Source of the DNA: the human T2T-CHM13v2.0 reference genome, Homo sapiens
Assembly (NCBI RefSeq): GCF_009914755.1
Contig: NC_060936.1
Strand: one strand, 5' to 3'
DNA length: 64,000 nucleotides
The notes beneath the pieces were generated by a model that searched no databases, had not been told where the DNA came from, and saw nothing but the letters and a program-made list of their open reading frames with translations. Below, in pieces: positions 1 to 16,062 of the stretch. How positions within the stretch are numbered: the first letter of the stretch is position 1; each line of letters starts with the position of its first letter. A program made the translations under genes and the position numbers.

Positions 1-2659
1 GAAAATGATAAGGAGGGAGTATTCCAATATTGACCTAAAATATTTTAATCAAGAATTCCAGACACTTTTCTCCACCCATATTTTGATATGTAGAGTTATC
101 ATGTGTGGTCTTAATTTAGCAGTAAAATTTTGAATATTGCACATATATAATACTAGAGAAATTTAAATGTTAATAAGACTTGAGGACCAGATAATTTTGG
201 GGATACAGTTGTTAGCTGTAAAGTAAAAATTTCAAGTTTAATGAATGAAAACTAGTCTCACTGCTCCATTAGCACAATTGGTTTGGAAGGTTTGCTTCTG
301 GGCGAATAAAGTGAACAATAGCAAAGGATGGGATTGCTACTTTAAAAATACTAAAATATGAGGGTAAAGAGAGATGTCTGTCAGAGGATGTTTAAAATGA
401 AACAGCTTCTTAAAAGCAAGGGACGGAAGATGTGCAAATGGTTATGAGGTCATTGTACTAAACATTAGCATTGTGCTTCTCACTCCAGAAGAAATTACAT
501 CAGTGGATAATCTACTGAGCACTGTAATTTGGGTAGTACTGAGATGAGCAATTGTTTTAGTTGTTGCCTGACCCCCACCCCACCCCCAGCAGCCTGGAAC
601 TGTGCATGTTATGAAGAGGTCATGTGACACGGATCCTTGGTTTTGCTCATTTATCCTGTCAAAACAACTTAATGTAGATGGAAAGAAATGAACGAAATGA
701 ATAGAATGGGTTAGCTGTATCAGCTTTAGTTTATATTGAAGGTAATGAATGCTGCAATTGGGATAGTATAGTATATTAAGGCCCCAGGAATATCCAGCTC
801 CATAATGGTGAAGAGAAGGTTCTAAAAAGCAACAGTGGCTAATCCATTCTAAGTCTCACTTGATGTTTTAATGCTACTTTTTGATACGGTCTTTTAAAAT
901 TTTATCATTGTATTCATGATAATTTGATTGACAGTTGGTAATATTTAAACAATATATGGTTCCTCTTATTTTACCTTCAGCTGTAATTTAGTATAAAGTT
1001 CCTATTTCTTTTCAATAATTATTATATAATAACAAACGTGGATCTTCTGAGAAGAAAATTATTTTAGAAGTTTTGCAAAATATTTAGGGTTTGTTTGTTG
1101 TCATTGAAACATGAGCTTTGAACCAAATCTTCATTTGTCTCTTAGTTCTGTTTTTCATGTGAATTTGAGGGAGATAATAAAATTTTGTGAGTCAGTTCGT
1201 CTCACAACATTTTTCTGAGGATTAAATGAAGTGAAGCAGCCAACTAGTAAATGGCAAATACTTGGCAAAAATTATTTTTAAAACCCCAGGTGTTCCTTCT
1301 GATCTGTGTCTTATGTTAGTTTTGATCTACTTTATTATTGTCTTAAAGTCTTTTGGGTGCTAAAATTATGTACTTCTCTAAGATATTTTATGAAATGTTC
1401 CTAGATTAAAAAAAAAACAATATTCAGTTATAGATGGAACAAGTAGACAAACTATTGAAAGAAGCCCCAAATTATTTGTTTAGGTTTCCCCCATTTCCTG
1501 CTTTGTTGATGATAATCTGTTGTCATGCATCTGTATTTCTAACTTCAAACATTAAGCAGGGGTTCTCAGATCCCTTAAAATAAATAATACTTTTCAGAAA
1601 GGATAAAAACACTTAGCTATATAAAGTAGCCTGTATTTATAGTATAGATGTCTTCTGGGCAAATTAGAGATAAAATATTCTAAATATTTCTATGGAATTT
1701 TTAGATTGTCATTCAGTGTATTCTCAAGGAAAATTAAATACGGATTTTTGATGGCAAAGAAGTCCCCCGTTTTTTTCCCTCTATGCTTTGCTATAAATAA
1801 GTAGTTGGCAGCTTTTTTACAATAAGCTTTTACAAACCATTTTTAAAAATCAAAAGCTGGGACCTTTGCAAGTTGATCATTCTGTATGGGTTGTGTTGGA
1901 CTTAACTGAGACTCAGAGGCCCAATTTCAATTCTCATTTTTCTTTTAAGTCACAGGAATTTTTTATCCTTGGGGAAATGCTAACTGCTTATTAAGGACAC
2001 ACACACACACTTTTAAAGGGGTATTGAGGGGAAAAGACATTTATGGAATTCATTCAACAAATGGCTGTTGAACAAGTCACTATGCTAGGTTGTCAGGTGC
2101 TAAAGATAGAACACAAAAAGGTATCTTGTCACTGCCTTTTCATGACAAAAAGCCTCTGAGGGCTTATTCTATGGGGGATAAGAGTCAATATAATGTTGCC
2201 TGTGATTAAGTGTTATGTAAGAGGCATGTACATAGTATCCATTGGTTTTAATGCTATTGGGCAGAGTAGAAACAGGAGTAGTAACTTGGTTTCCTTTTAT
2301 TACATTCCTTATTGGGTACTTTTGGCGACAGAGTGAGAACCTTAAAGTTCAATTAATAATTGATGTAATAACTGAAGAGAAAAATTAATGAACAGGAAGG
2401 TAGATCAGAAAACATTGCCCAGAAAGTAGCATACAGAAGGAAATGGAAAATGAGAGAGAAATTAAAGGATATTAAGGATAAACTAAAGTTATACACATAC
2501 TCACACACATTTAAAAATTGTTTAAAAAGAAAAGAAGAGTTGGAAGGGGAAAAAAAGAGAATGAGAGGAGACAGTGTTTAGAGAGATACTGAGAATTTTC
2601 CTGACTTGAAGACAAATACTTGAGTATTTAAGTTATTGCTTAAAAGAAAAAAAAAATTA

Positions 2660-2958
2660 GGCTTCATGCAGTGGCTCACACCTGTAATCCCAGGCTTTGG
2701 GATGCCAAAGTAGGAGGATCACCAGAAGTTCAAGACCAGCCAGTGCATCATAGCAAGACCTCATCTCTACAAAAAATTAAAAAATTAGCCGGGCAAGGTG
2801 GCACATGCCTGTAGTCCTAGCTACTCTGGAGGCTGAGGTGGGAGGATCCCTTGAGCCCAGGATTTGAGGCTGCAGTGAGCTATGATAGCACCGCTGCATT
2901 CCAGCCTTGGTCACAGAGTGACTTCCTGTCTTTTAAACAAATAAACAAAAATAAAAAC
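2660..2958 (+). mobile_element. Alu (AluJ-like)
   Basis: Dimeric Alu consensus with degenerate A tail. Confidence 0.9.
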
Positions 2959-3341
2959 AATGTTTTGGTTAAAGATAGATTGATTTTAATCAAGGCAAAG
3001 ATAGAACTGGAATTTATATTTAGGTCTTTGCCTCCAAAGCCTATGTTCATTTCCTGACATTAAATTGCATGTCTAGCAATTGATGACTTATGTTGGATAT
3101 GGAAAGTTAACTGCACCTTACAAAAATGAGACTATATCTGAGTTACACATTAACAGTAAAGATACTAAAATGATCTCAAGCATGAATGTATATAATCCAA
3201 ATCTATCATTTATAACTTCAGCATTTGCATTTTTTAAACACCATCGATCATGATTTAGTAATGTTTAAGTGTCTAAGATTAACTGTCTGATTTGGTGTTT
3301 TATCATTTTAAACCACATTCTGTTTTGGTTTTTGATTTTAG

Positions 3342-3514
3342 GATCGAAAATTAACAAAGTCTGAGAGGCAGAGATTTAAAGAAGAAGCTGAAATGTTAAA
3401 AGGTCTTCAGCATCCCAATATTGTTAGATTTTATGATTCCTGGGAATCCACAGTAAAAGGAAAGAAGTGCATTGTTTTGGTGACTGAACTTATGACGTCT
3501 GGAACACTTAAAAC
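3342..3514 (+). CDS. WNK1: WNK1 exon 2 (kinase N-lobe, alphaC to hinge)
   Basis: ttttag|GATCGA...AAAC|gtaagt; 173 nt; [58 protein letters not shown]; phase 0 in, phase 2 out. Confidence 0.98.
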
Positions 3515-3730
3515 GTAAGTTCATCAGTATTACAAAAGCTGACCAAGAAGTATGAGAGAATTTGATTTTTTAAATTTCAGGTCTACCAGTTTCACTTTGG
3601 TTGTTCAGCCTAAGAAGGGAACAGTCCTTCCAACTGTTACTGTATTAGCATATTTCCTTGCCCACAAAGTCCTCTAGTATATAAAGTGATTTGATAATTA
3701 TTTCTTGGTAAGTATTGAAATGAGAAGTTA

Positions 3731-4036
<306 letters not shown>

Positions 4037-4372
4037 GAGTGGCTAAGGAATCAGAAATCAAATGTCAAGGTAGCCCTCTAGTGGTTAAAATGAGATTAAG
4101 GTTTATTGAGAAACTACCTATTTTTTTCATTTGTATTGTGCTTTGCTATATCCCTGCAACTTTTATATCAGATGCAGATTATATTGTGACAGTTATCACT
4201 TAAAAAATACTTTTAGTTCCATTTCCCATAACATCAGAAATTAATCCCCAAATAGCTAGATCTATCATTCCTTTCACAGAAATAGGTTTAATGCAGAAAT
4301 TTCCCGTTACTTATTGTAAAGAGCTTTTGGTAAGTGTTGGAGTATGCCTTTGTAATCCCAGGTTTCTTAGAG

Positions 4373-4900
4373 CAGCAGTCCCCAACCTTTTTGGCATCAG
4401 GGATTGGTTTCATGGAAGACAGTTTTTCCATGAACTGGTGCGGGGGTGGGGCTGGGGAAGTTTGGAATGATTCAAGCACATTACATTTATTGTGCACTCT
4501 ATTTCTATTATTATTACATTAAAATATATAATGAAATAGTTATACAACTCACCATAATGTAGAATCAGTGGGAGCCCTGAGCTTGTTTTCCTGCAACTCA
4601 ACTGTCCCATCTGGGGGTGATGGGAGACAGGGCAGATCATCAGGCATTAGATTCTCATAACGAACGCTCAACCTAGATCCCTTGCATGCACAGTTCACAG
4701 TAGGGTTCATGGCCCTGTGAGAAATCTAATGCTGCTGACAGGAGCCAGAGCTCAGGTGGTAATGCGAGCAGTGAGGGAGCGGCTGTAAATACAGATGAAG
4801 CTTTGCTTGCTCGCCTGCCACTCACCTCCTGCTGTGTGGCCAGGTTCCTAAAAGGCCATGGACTGATATTGATCTGTGGCTCAGTGGTTGGGGACCCCTG
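4373..4900. mobile_element. MER1A-like hAT-Charlie DNA transposon fossil
   Basis: Terminal inverted repeats CAGCAGTCCCCAACC ... GGTTGGGGACCCCTG, about 528 bp; TCTTAGAG on both flanks. Confidence 0.85.
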
Positions 4901-5969
4901 GTATCTTAGAGGATCTGTTTTTACTCAGAGAAGAACCTGTAGTAAGTTACCTTGTATAAATTTTTTATTTGGTGAAATTGGATATTTTTAAATTATCACT
5001 GTGGCATATATTCTTTATTAATTGTTAAAGTTAATACTGCTGAGCTGATTAATTCCAGATCATTGGAATACAGTGTTACAGCACCTGGATATAGTCACTT
5101 GCATGTTTTCTGAAATGCTTACGGTTAGCATGTTGAAACATGAACAGATCATTTCTGTCCTGCAAATTCTAATTTCTTTATCCAACTTCCACTCTTGTTT
5201 ATGGCAATACCTTTATCCTAGTTAGTCAGGCTTCTTGATACTCTCTTTTCTTCCATTAGAATGTGCTAACTAGCACTATATACCTAGTACTATGAACAAG
5301 TGCTAGATATCACATTCTACTGGAAGTGTCTAATACTGAATAATAAGTGTTTGAATGAATTAAGGAGAATTATGTGGTAATAATTATGTGTACATCTTGA
5401 GATTCTTTCCACTGGTTTGGATACTTACTTGGTTGTCAACAGTTTGTCTGGCATGCCTAAGATTACTCTAAAATACAATGGTTTACTTGTTTTAAAAACT
5501 ATATTGAGGAGCTTTGGGTAACATAGTGGGGTAATAAGCCCCTGTGGAATGGCTGTCCCACACCAACAAACTGAAATGTGGAATATAATAAAAGTTTTTT
5601 CCAATACGTGTCTAAGCTTTAAGGAAAGAAAGGTTAACCTCCAGATAATAAGCAGAGATAACTCAAAGCCAAAACAGGAACTTATACTCTGGGATTTTAG
5701 ACCACATATTGGTTGAGGAGTTGATGCTAGTTTTAATGTCCATGCAAGGACAGAAAGCCTTAGAACTAGGTAGAGAGGGGAGCTAGAACTTAGCCTGTGT
5801 CAAAAAACTGAACTATCCGTGAAAAGAGAGACCTCAGTGCTCTAGCCAGTGAAAGCTGCAAGGAATTTTACCTGTGTGCAGAAGACTGTGGATAAGAGGG
5901 GAGACCTATGAAAAATAGAAATTCACATCAAATGCTACCAGTGTTCTTAATTATTCTGTAAACTAATCT

Positions 5970-6287
5970 TTTCTTTTTCTTTTTTTGGAGACAGGGTCTC
6001 ACTCGGTTGCCCAGGACAGAGTGCAGCAGCACAATCATAGCTCACTGCAGCCTCAAACTCCTGGGCTCAGGGAATCCTTCCACCTCAGCCTCCCCACTAC
6101 CTGGGACTATAGTTGCTCACCACCATACCTGTCTAATAAAAAAACAATTTTTTTTTTTTTAGTAGAGACAGTGTCTATTTTGTTGCCCAGGCTGCTCTCA
6201 AACTCCTGAGCTCATCCTGATTTGGCCTCATCCCGATTTGACCTCCCAAACTGCTGGGATTACAAGCATGAGCCACGGTGCCCAGCC
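5970..6287 (-). mobile_element. Alu (AluJ-like)
   Basis: Antisense Alu consensus with T-rich tail. Confidence 0.9.
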
Positions 6288-6910
6288 TGTTTGGTATTCT
6301 TCCATCTCATATGTAGATGGCGCTATAACATAAATTTGTACCATCTACTTGGTACAGGAATCCCAAACCGAAGAACATACATGATAATTGATCAGGAACG
6401 GAAAGAAAACTCCCGGGGACATTTTCACAGTTCCTTGGTCAGTGTCCAGAGGCAAAACTGTTTCCAAAGAAGATGACCTCACAATTAAATTACAAATCAC
6501 ACCAATGAAGGTGAATAGACACAACCAGAAAATAGCACTGCAACAATTAAGGATATCATGGACAAGTCTGAAAGTGATTACAAACAATTATTTACATAAT
6601 GATGTCAGTAAAGATATTTGTAAGTGTATATGAAGTGTATAAAGAGAAAAGAAGGAATTGAAGGAAAAAGACACCAAAGAAAAAAAAGACAGGCATAATT
6701 TAAAAGCTTCTGAAGAACTTCTAGAAATAAGAACATTAAAATTCAAACATAAATGGTCTAACGGTTAAACAGCAGACTGAACTGAATTGACAGGAATATT
6801 AACTACGAAGAAATGAGCAACAGAACGCACAAAAAAGACAGAAAATATTTAAAGAGGATGACATAGTAGTGAGAAGACCCAGATAGATTTAATTATCTAA
6901 AAGGGGTTTC

Positions 6911-7047
6911 CCTGTAGTCCTAGCTACTCTGGAGGCTGAGGCAGAGAATCACTTGAGCCCAGGAGGTGGAGGTTGCAATGAGCCGAGATCGTGCCTCTGC
7001 ACTCCAGCCTGGGTGACAGAGCGAGACTCCATCTCAAAAATAAAAAT
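6911..7047 (+). mobile_element. Alu right arm only
   Basis: CCTGTAGTCCTAGCTACT...GAGACTCCATCTCAAAAA. Confidence 0.85.
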
Positions 7048-7356
7048 GAAAAAGTAGAGAGAATGAGAAAAAGAAAAATTTCAGAATTTAAGAATTCTGA
7101 TTGAGAATGTATACAGATTCCTAAGCAAGTAGATTGAAAACATTCATATTCATTTCTGGAAGAATGGATAACTAGGACCATTGGCAGCATTTGGAGAGGC
7201 AGATTGGGAAGGAATGGGAATTAATTCCAAAATGCATGCTTTTTGGACCTTTCGAGTTTCTACCTTTGTTCTCTATGTATATTTACATTGAAACAGATAA
7301 AACACCCATAGCTGAAAAATAAGATGGGAATGTATGAGTCAGAAAATTTGGATTAA

Positions 7357-7681
7357 GGCCAGGCGTGGTAGTTCACACCTGTAATCCCAGCACTTTGAGA
7401 GGCTGAGGCGGATGGATCACCTGAGGTCAGGATCACCTGAGGTCAGTTCGAAACCAGCCTGTCCAACATGGTGAAACCCCATCTCTACTAAAAATACGAA
7501 AAATTAGCTGGGCATGATGGCGGGCGCCTGTACCCATCAGCTCCCAGCTACCCGGGAGGCTGAGGCAAGAGAATCGCTTGACCCCGGAAGTGGAGGTTGC
7601 AGTGAGCCGAGATTGTGCCACTGCACTCTAGCCTGGGTGACAGAGTGAGACTCCATCTCAAAAAAAGAAAAAGAAAAAAAA
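7357..7681 (+). mobile_element. Alu (AluS-like) with internal duplication
   Basis: Alu consensus; GGATCACCTGAGGTCA tandemly duplicated. Confidence 0.93.
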
Positions 7682-9031
7682 TTTGGATTAAAAGTTGAGA
7701 TAAATTTAGATGTATTTTTTTAAATAGACATGAAATTCAAATATCATACAATTAACATTTTAGAAAGTACAATTCAGTGGCACTTAGTACATTCACAATG
7801 TTTTGTAAGTACCACATCTATCAAGTTACTCAACATTTTAATCACCTCAGAACACTCTGTGCCCATTAAGCAGTTACTCTGCATTTCCCTTCCTCCAGCC
7901 AGGCAGCGTATTTTTTCTTTAATTGCACATTATCTAAGTTCTTTTTCTTTTTACAATTAAAAAGAAATTTTCAGTTTCTGAGCTTCAGAGGCTTATGCCA
8001 ACAGGAGGGTTTATTAAGTAGAAAGAGCATTAGACTTGCAGTAGAAGTTGTGACTGCTCCCACCGCTGCCTCTGACCAACTGTGATTTTGGGCAAATAGC
8101 TAACCTTATTTGGGCTTCAGTTCCCCATGTGTATGTAAAACAAGTGGTTGGACTGCCTGATCTCTGGGACCAGCCATTCGTGGATGGGATTTTTTTATTG
8201 TAAAAAACATAACAAAATTTACCATCTTAACCATTTTTAAGTGTATAGTTCAGTAGTGTTAATACAAACACATTTCTGTGCAATTTCTAGAATGCTTTTC
8301 ATGTCACAAACTCTATGCCCGTGGAACAATTTCCCATTTCTCCCAACCCTCAGCTCCTGACAACTACCAACTTTTTACCATCTCTATGGATTTATCTAAT
8401 CAGGATATGTCCTATAAATAGACTCAAAGTATGTTATGGATCCTTGTGTTTGGCGTCTTTCACTTAGCATGGTGTTTTCGAGGATCATCGTGATTGCACG
8501 CATCAGTACTTCATCCCCTTTTATGACTGAATAACATTCCATTGCATGGAAATATCACAGTTTGTTTATTTATCCATTGATGAACATTTGGGCTGTATCC
8601 ACCTTTTGGCTATTATGAGTACTGCTGCTATGAATATTTGTGCAGAAGTATTTTTTTGAGTACCTGTTTTCATTTCTTTTGGCTGTATACTAGGAATGGA
8701 ATTGCTGAGTCATGTGGAAATCTTTGTTTAACTTTTTGAGGAGGCATCCTACCGGGAGTGACATGATACCTCATTATGGATTACATTTGCATTTCCCTAA
8801 TGATTAATAATGTGGAACATCTTTTCATATGCTTATTGGCTATTTGTGTATCTTTGGAGAAATGTTTATTCAAGTTCTTTGCTCATTTTTTATTGGATTG
8901 CTTGTTTTTTTGTTGATTTATTAGAGTTCTTTATATATTTTAGAAATTAGACCCTTGTCCAGATCCATGATATGCAGATATTTTCTCCTATAGGTTGCCT
9001 TTTTTGCTCCTTGATAATGTTCTATGATGTA

Positions 9032-9257
9032 CAGATTGAGTATAGTATCTCTTATCCGAAATGCTTGGGACCAGAAGGGCTTTGAATTTTTTCAGATATT
9101 GGAACTTTGAATTATACTTACCAGTTAAGCCTCCCAAATCTGAACTCCAAAATGTTCAAATGAGCATTTTTGTTGTGTGTCATGTTGGTGCTCAAGTTCA
9201 GATTTTCTATTGGAGCATTTTGGATCTTGGATTTTCTGATTTGGATGCTCAAGCCTG
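9032..9257. mobile_element. Tigger4a/MER46-like TcMar MITE inserted in L1
   Basis: CAGATTGAGTAT...CTTATCCGAAATGCTTGGGACCAGAAG ... GGATGCTCAAGCCTG termini. Confidence 0.7.
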
Positions 9258-10174
9258 TGCCAAGTTTTAAATTTTGATAAAATCCAATGTATCTGCTTTG
9301 TCTTTTGATGGTTGGGCTTTTGGTGTCATGTAAGAGTCCATTGTCATAAATAACCAAGGGCATACAGATGTATCCCTAAGTTTTCTTCTAAGAGTTCTAT
9401 CAATTTAACTTTTCTATTTAGGTTATTGTTCCATTTTTAAGTTAACTTTTGTATATGCCGTGAGGTAGGGTCTGATTTCATTCTTTTACATGTTGATGTC
9501 CAGTTATCCCAGCATCATTTGTTGAAGAGACTTTTACCTATTGAATGGTCTTGGTACTCTTCTCAAAAATTATTTAATCATATGTATAGGTTTATTTCTG
9601 GACTCTCAATTCTATTTCATTGGCCTACATGTCTGTTCTTATGCCAGTACCGCATTGCTCTGATTACTATAGTAATTTTTGTAAATTTTGAAAATTAGAA
9701 GTGACTTCTCCAATTTTGTTCTTCTTTTTCACTATTGTTTTTGACAGTTGGGGTCTTCTTGAAATTCCATGTGAATTTGAGGATTAGATTTCCATTTCTA
9801 CAAGAAAAGGCTGTTGGAATTTTGACAGAAATTGTGTTGAATCTGTAGATCATTTTGTATAGTATCACCATCTTTAACTATATTGTCTTCTAATCCGTGA
9901 ACACAGGGTGTCTGTCCATTTATTTATGTCTTTTTTAATTTCTTTCAGCAATGTTTTGTAGTTTCATTATACAAGTCTTTCACATCCTTGGTTAAATTTA
10001 TTCCTAGATCCTTTATATGCTATTGCAAATGAAATTGTTTTCTTAATTTCCTTTTCAGATTGTTAATTGCTGGTATATATAAATACAACTGATTTTTGTG
10101 TGTCAGTCTTGTACTTTTGTAACTTTACTGAATTCTTGTATTAGCTCATCTGTGTGTGTGTTCATTCTTTGGGG

Positions 10175-10482
10175 TTTTTTTTTTTTTTTTTTTTTTTAAA
10201 CAGATGGGGTTTCACTCTGTCACCGAGGCTGGAGTGCAGTGGTGCAGTCATAGCTCACTACAGACTTGAACTCTAGGCTTAAAGGATCCTCCCACCTCAG
10301 CCTCCTGAGTAGCTGGGACTCCAGGTGTGTACCACCATGCCTGGCTAATTTTTAAATTTTTCATAAAGATAGGGTCTCAATATATTGCTTATGGTAGTCA
10401 CAAATTCCTGGCCTCAAGTGATCTCCCTTGCCTCTGGCTCCCAAAGTGCTGAGATTACAGGTGTGTGCCACCACACCTAGCC
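10175..10482 (-). mobile_element. Alu (AluJ-like)
   Basis: Antisense Alu; flanking ATTCTTTGGG duplication. Confidence 0.9.
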
Positions 10483-11735
10483 ATTCTTTGGGATTTTTAT
10501 ATATTGGATCAAGTCATATGTGAATAGATAGTTCTTTCAGATTTGAATGCCTTTATTTCTTTTTCTTGTCTAACTGTTTTGGCTAGAGCTTGAATTATGA
10601 TTAGCATTGATTATCCTTGTCATATTACTGATTTTAAGGAGAAAGCTTTTGGTCTTTCACCATTGAGTATATGTTAGCTGTGAGTTTTTCATAAATGTTC
10701 TTTATCATGTTGAGGAAGTTCTCTGCTATTCCTATCCTAGTTTCTTGAGTTTTTTTTTTTTTTTTTTTTTTGGAAAGGTGTTAGATTTTGTCAAATGCTC
10801 TTCTGCATCAAGTTAGATAATCATGAAACCACTTCGTTCTATTAGTGTGATATATTATACTGATTAATTTTCTTATGTTGAATCACCCTTGCATTTCATA
10901 GATAAATAGTGTATAATCCTTTTACTATGCAGTTGGGTTTGGCTTGCCAATATTTTGTTGAGAGTTTTTACATCTACATTAATAACGGTGTTAGTCTATA
11001 GTTTTCTTTTGGTATCTTCAGTATCAGGGCAATACTGGCCTCACAGAATGATTTAGAAAGTGTTTCCTCCACTTTTGCTTTTTGGAAGAGTAGGATTTGT
11101 GTTAATTCTCCTGTAAATGTTTGGTAGAACTCATCAATGAAGCCATCCAGTCCTAGACTTTTCTTTGGAGATTTCTTGAAGGAATGTTCCATGTACAGTT
11201 GAGAATATATATTCACTTGTTGTTGGGCAGTGTGTTCTAAATATGTCTGTTACCTTTTGGTGGTTTATAATATTGTTCAAGTCTTCTGTTTTCTTACTCA
11301 TCTTTTGTCTAGATGTTTTATCCGTTATTGAAAGTGGAATACTGAAGTCTCCAACTATTACTGTAGTGTCTACTAATTTCCTCCCTTTAATTCTGTGAAT
11401 GTTTGCTTCATTATTTGGTGGCTTTATTGTTTGATGTATATAATTGTTATTTTTTATGGATTGGCCCTTTTATCAATACATCATGCTCTTCTTTATCTCT
11501 TGCATCAGTATTTTTACTTATTTTGCCTGATATTAGTTTTGCTACCTCACCCTCTTTTATTTACTATTAGCATAGAATATCATTTTTCTTTCATCCTTTG
11601 AATTTCAACCTATTTCTGTCCTTGGATCTATAATGAGTCTCTTGTAGACAGTATATAGTTGGCTTTTTTTCTTTCTTTTTAAAAAATCCATTCTGCCCAT
11701 CTCTGTTTTTGGTAGGAGAGTTTATTTACATTTAA

Positions 11736-12098
<363 letters not shown>

Positions 12099-13487
12099 TA
12101 ATATATCACATTCCTAGAGACAGTCTTGTACTGTTTTTTGCTCCTTATCTCCTTCATTACTACCTTTTTAAATGTATTTATTTTTCTTTTGTAGTATACC
12201 ATTTTCATTCCTTTCTCATTTCCTTTTGTGTATATATTTAGATATTTTTTCAGTGGTTACCTTGAGGATCACAATTAACATCATAAACCTCCAACAGTCT
12301 ACCCTGAATTGATACCAACTTAGCTTTAATACAGCATACAAATCTCTGATCCTATACAGCCTCACTCCTCCTTCCCATTTTATGTTTTCATTGTCTCAAA
12401 TTTTATGTTTATACATTGTGTACCCATTAGCATAGTTTTATAATCATTATTTTACATGCATTTGTCTTTTAAATCATGTAGGAAATAAAAGGAATTATAA
12501 ACCAAAAATACATTAATACTGGTTTTAATATTTAGATGTGTGATGGACTTTACCAGAGATTTGATTTGGTTTTATGGCTTCAAGTTATTGTCTAGTGTTC
12601 TTTTATTTCCTCTAAGGATTCTCTTTAGCATTTCTTTTAGGGAAAGTGTACTACTGTCAAACTCTTCCAGCTTTTATTTACCTGGGAATATCTTAATTTC
12701 TCTTTCATTTCTGCAGTATAATTTTGCTGATATATAATTCGTGGTTGGCAGTCTTCAGGTTTTTTTTGGGGTTTTGCTTTTGTTTCTTTTAGCACTTTAA
12801 ATATGTCATCCCACTGCTTTCTGCCCTCTATGGTTTTTGCTGAAAAATCAGCTCATAATCTTATTGAGGATCCCATGGTCATAAGTCACTTCTCCTTTGC
12901 TACTTTCAAGATTCTCTCTTTGTCTTTGCCTTTTAACAGTTTGAATATAGTGTTTCTCATTGTGGATCTATTTGCATTTATCCTTAGAGTTTGTTGAACT
13001 TTTTGGATGTGTAGATTCATGTCTTTTACTAAGTTTGGGAAATTTGTGGCCATTATTTTCTTAAATATTCTTTCTGCTCTTTTCTGTCTTCTTTATCTAG
13101 GACTCCCATTGTGTATATTTTGCTCAACTTGATGGTGTCCCACAGATCTCTTAGACTCTGCTCATTTCTGCTCCTCAGACTGTACAGTTTCACTTCCTAT
13201 TTTCAAGTTTATTGCCTTTTTCTTCTGTGTGTTCGCATATGCTGTTGAAATCTGTTAGTGAATCTTCACAGTATTTTTCAGCACCTCAATTTCTACTTGG
13301 TTCCTTTTTAAAGTTTCTGTCTCTGTTGATATTCTCTACTTCAATAGAATATTCTTTGTACTCTTAATATTTAGCAGCCATTGTTCTCAGCATTTAGTCT
13401 GCAAAGTTTTGGCATAGGTACTATAATTATCCCTATTTAACCATGAGTTGATTGTTTTTAGTAAATATCTTAGTACTGAAGAACTGA

Positions 13488-14000
<513 letters not shown>

Positions 14001-15212
14001 TGATTTTAATTAATATTCATATTTTTATAACCACTTTTCATTCTCACCAAACTTAGCTTCTCTGAGTTTAGAAATGTTCCATTTGTAATATGGAGCAGAT
14101 TGGATTCCTTCTTGTCCTTATACTTTCCTTATAAACATTGCTATAATAATCATGTTTGTACACAATTCCCAAAGAATAGGTTCTTAAAATGAAATGTGAA
14201 TCATAATATATGTGTAATTTTCACTTGAATAGCAATTAAGACAAAGATATGATTCCCTCCTGCTAGCTGGGATAATCTTGAAGGTCTTTACTAAAATGAT
14301 AGATATAATTTAAGTAGATCTTAAAGGATAAACAGGTTTTCTGTAATTAGGGAGGTGCTATGGGAATAGTTAAAAAAAAGAGAGAGAGAAGTAATATAAA
14401 GTTCATAGTAGGATAAGATACCCTTTTGTTTAAAAATAGGATGTTTATAAGGAGGACTAACGACAAATAAAATTTCCAATATTTTATTATAAAATTCTAA
14501 AAATTATATAGAAAAGGCAAAAGAAACATACAGTGAGCACACACTCAGCACCAAGATTCTGTTGTTACTAACTTTTTGCATCACTTGCCTTACCATATTA
14601 TTAATATGTCCATTTATTCATCCTCCATCCATCTTATTCATTCCATAATAAAATAAATTGTAAAATAAAATAATTCAATATGCTTCACCCGTAAACCCTT
14701 CAGTATGCATTTCGTTAGAGTTCCAGTATTTGTGTACTTTATTTTTCTTTTACCTCCAAACAGCATCAGGATAGAATAAATTATTATTGTACGATTGAAT
14801 GAGTTTTGACAAGGCATTCATTCGTGTAACCAAAACTCTCAAGATAGAGAACATTTCCATCATATCGGAAAATGCCCTTATGCCGCTTTCCAGGCAGCCT
14901 TTTCCTTACCCTCCATCCAGCATGACTGTTTTGATATATTTTTTAAACTATAAAACCCACTTTTGCTATTAGTTTTCTTCAATTAGCCCACCCAAATGAA
15001 GTAAAATTTTATTTTAGTTCTGCTATTTGATTTTTAGTTAGATCTGGATCTCTGCATGTTTTTCATTTTAAGTAGTTGCCCTGAAGATTACATTTACGTT
15101 GTTACTTTTCACAATTTATTTAGGACTAATACTGTACAATTTCATGTAAAATACAAGACCTTTGCACAAATAAGGTTTTCATATAACCCCTCTACCGCTT
15201 GTTCTGTATGCT

Positions 15213-15276
15213 GTAATTTTCATATCTTATACAAGTACAAGATTACATAAGTAATTTCATATCTTATACAAGTACA
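15213..15276. repeat. Short direct duplication (26-27 bp unit x2)
   Basis: GTAATTT(T)CATATCTTATACAAGTACA at 15213 and 15251. Confidence 0.85.
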
Positions 15277-15832
15277 TAGATAAGTCATTATTAAATGGGA
15301 GTAATTATAGTACCTATTCAACAAAATTGGAATACTAAATGCAGGAAACAGTGACAGCCAAATGTTAACAGTATAGAAAATTTTAGCTCAACAAATAGAG
15401 AATATCAGTAAAGACATAGAAATTACAAAAATTAAACAAATTCAGGAACTGAAAAACAATAATTAATAGAATATGTAAGCATATCATATATATCACAGTA
15501 TTATAGATTTTCCTTTAACCAATCATGTGTGTATTTTAAAGATACTGAAAGGAAAATGTAGTCTTTTCTATTTAACATTTTTAGTGCTCTTTTTTTCCTG
15601 AATATTTCCAGATAAAATAGGCATTGGAACTCAATCCCCAGATGTATCTTTTCTACAGTGGGTAGCACCAGAGGTCTCTGTTCAGTTCTTTTAGCATACT
15701 TGGGCTGCTTGGAATCTTTCCTACATTCATGTATTTCAGAGGTCAACTAGAGATTTGGGCAGAGTGGATACACAGAATTTAGGGCTCTCCTTTGGTGCCT
15801 GCTTTCTGAGATTTCCTCCTTTCCTTTCTAGA

Positions 15833-16062
15833 TCTGTGCTGTCCAGTAGAACTTTCTGCCATTATGGAAATGTTGTATAACGTACACCATCCAGAATGGT
15901 AGCCATTTGCCTCATGTGGCTGTTCAGCACGTGAAATGTGGCTAGTGCAACTGAGAAATGAAATTTTTTATTTTAGTTAATCTACATTTGAGTAGTCACA
16001 TTTGGCTAGTGGCAACTTTATTGGACAGACCATCCTTGCAGAAAGGTCTGTTAGACAGCACT
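15833..16062. mobile_element. MER3-like hAT-Charlie fossil
   Basis: CTGTGCTGTCCAGTAGAACTTTCTG...GAAATGTGGCTAGTG...TTGGACAG. Confidence 0.7.

Noticed and set aside
1-3341. Breakpoints or regulatory elements of the hypertension-causing intron 1 deletions
   Set aside because: Only the last 3.3 kb of intron 1 is present and nothing in the sequence marks these elements
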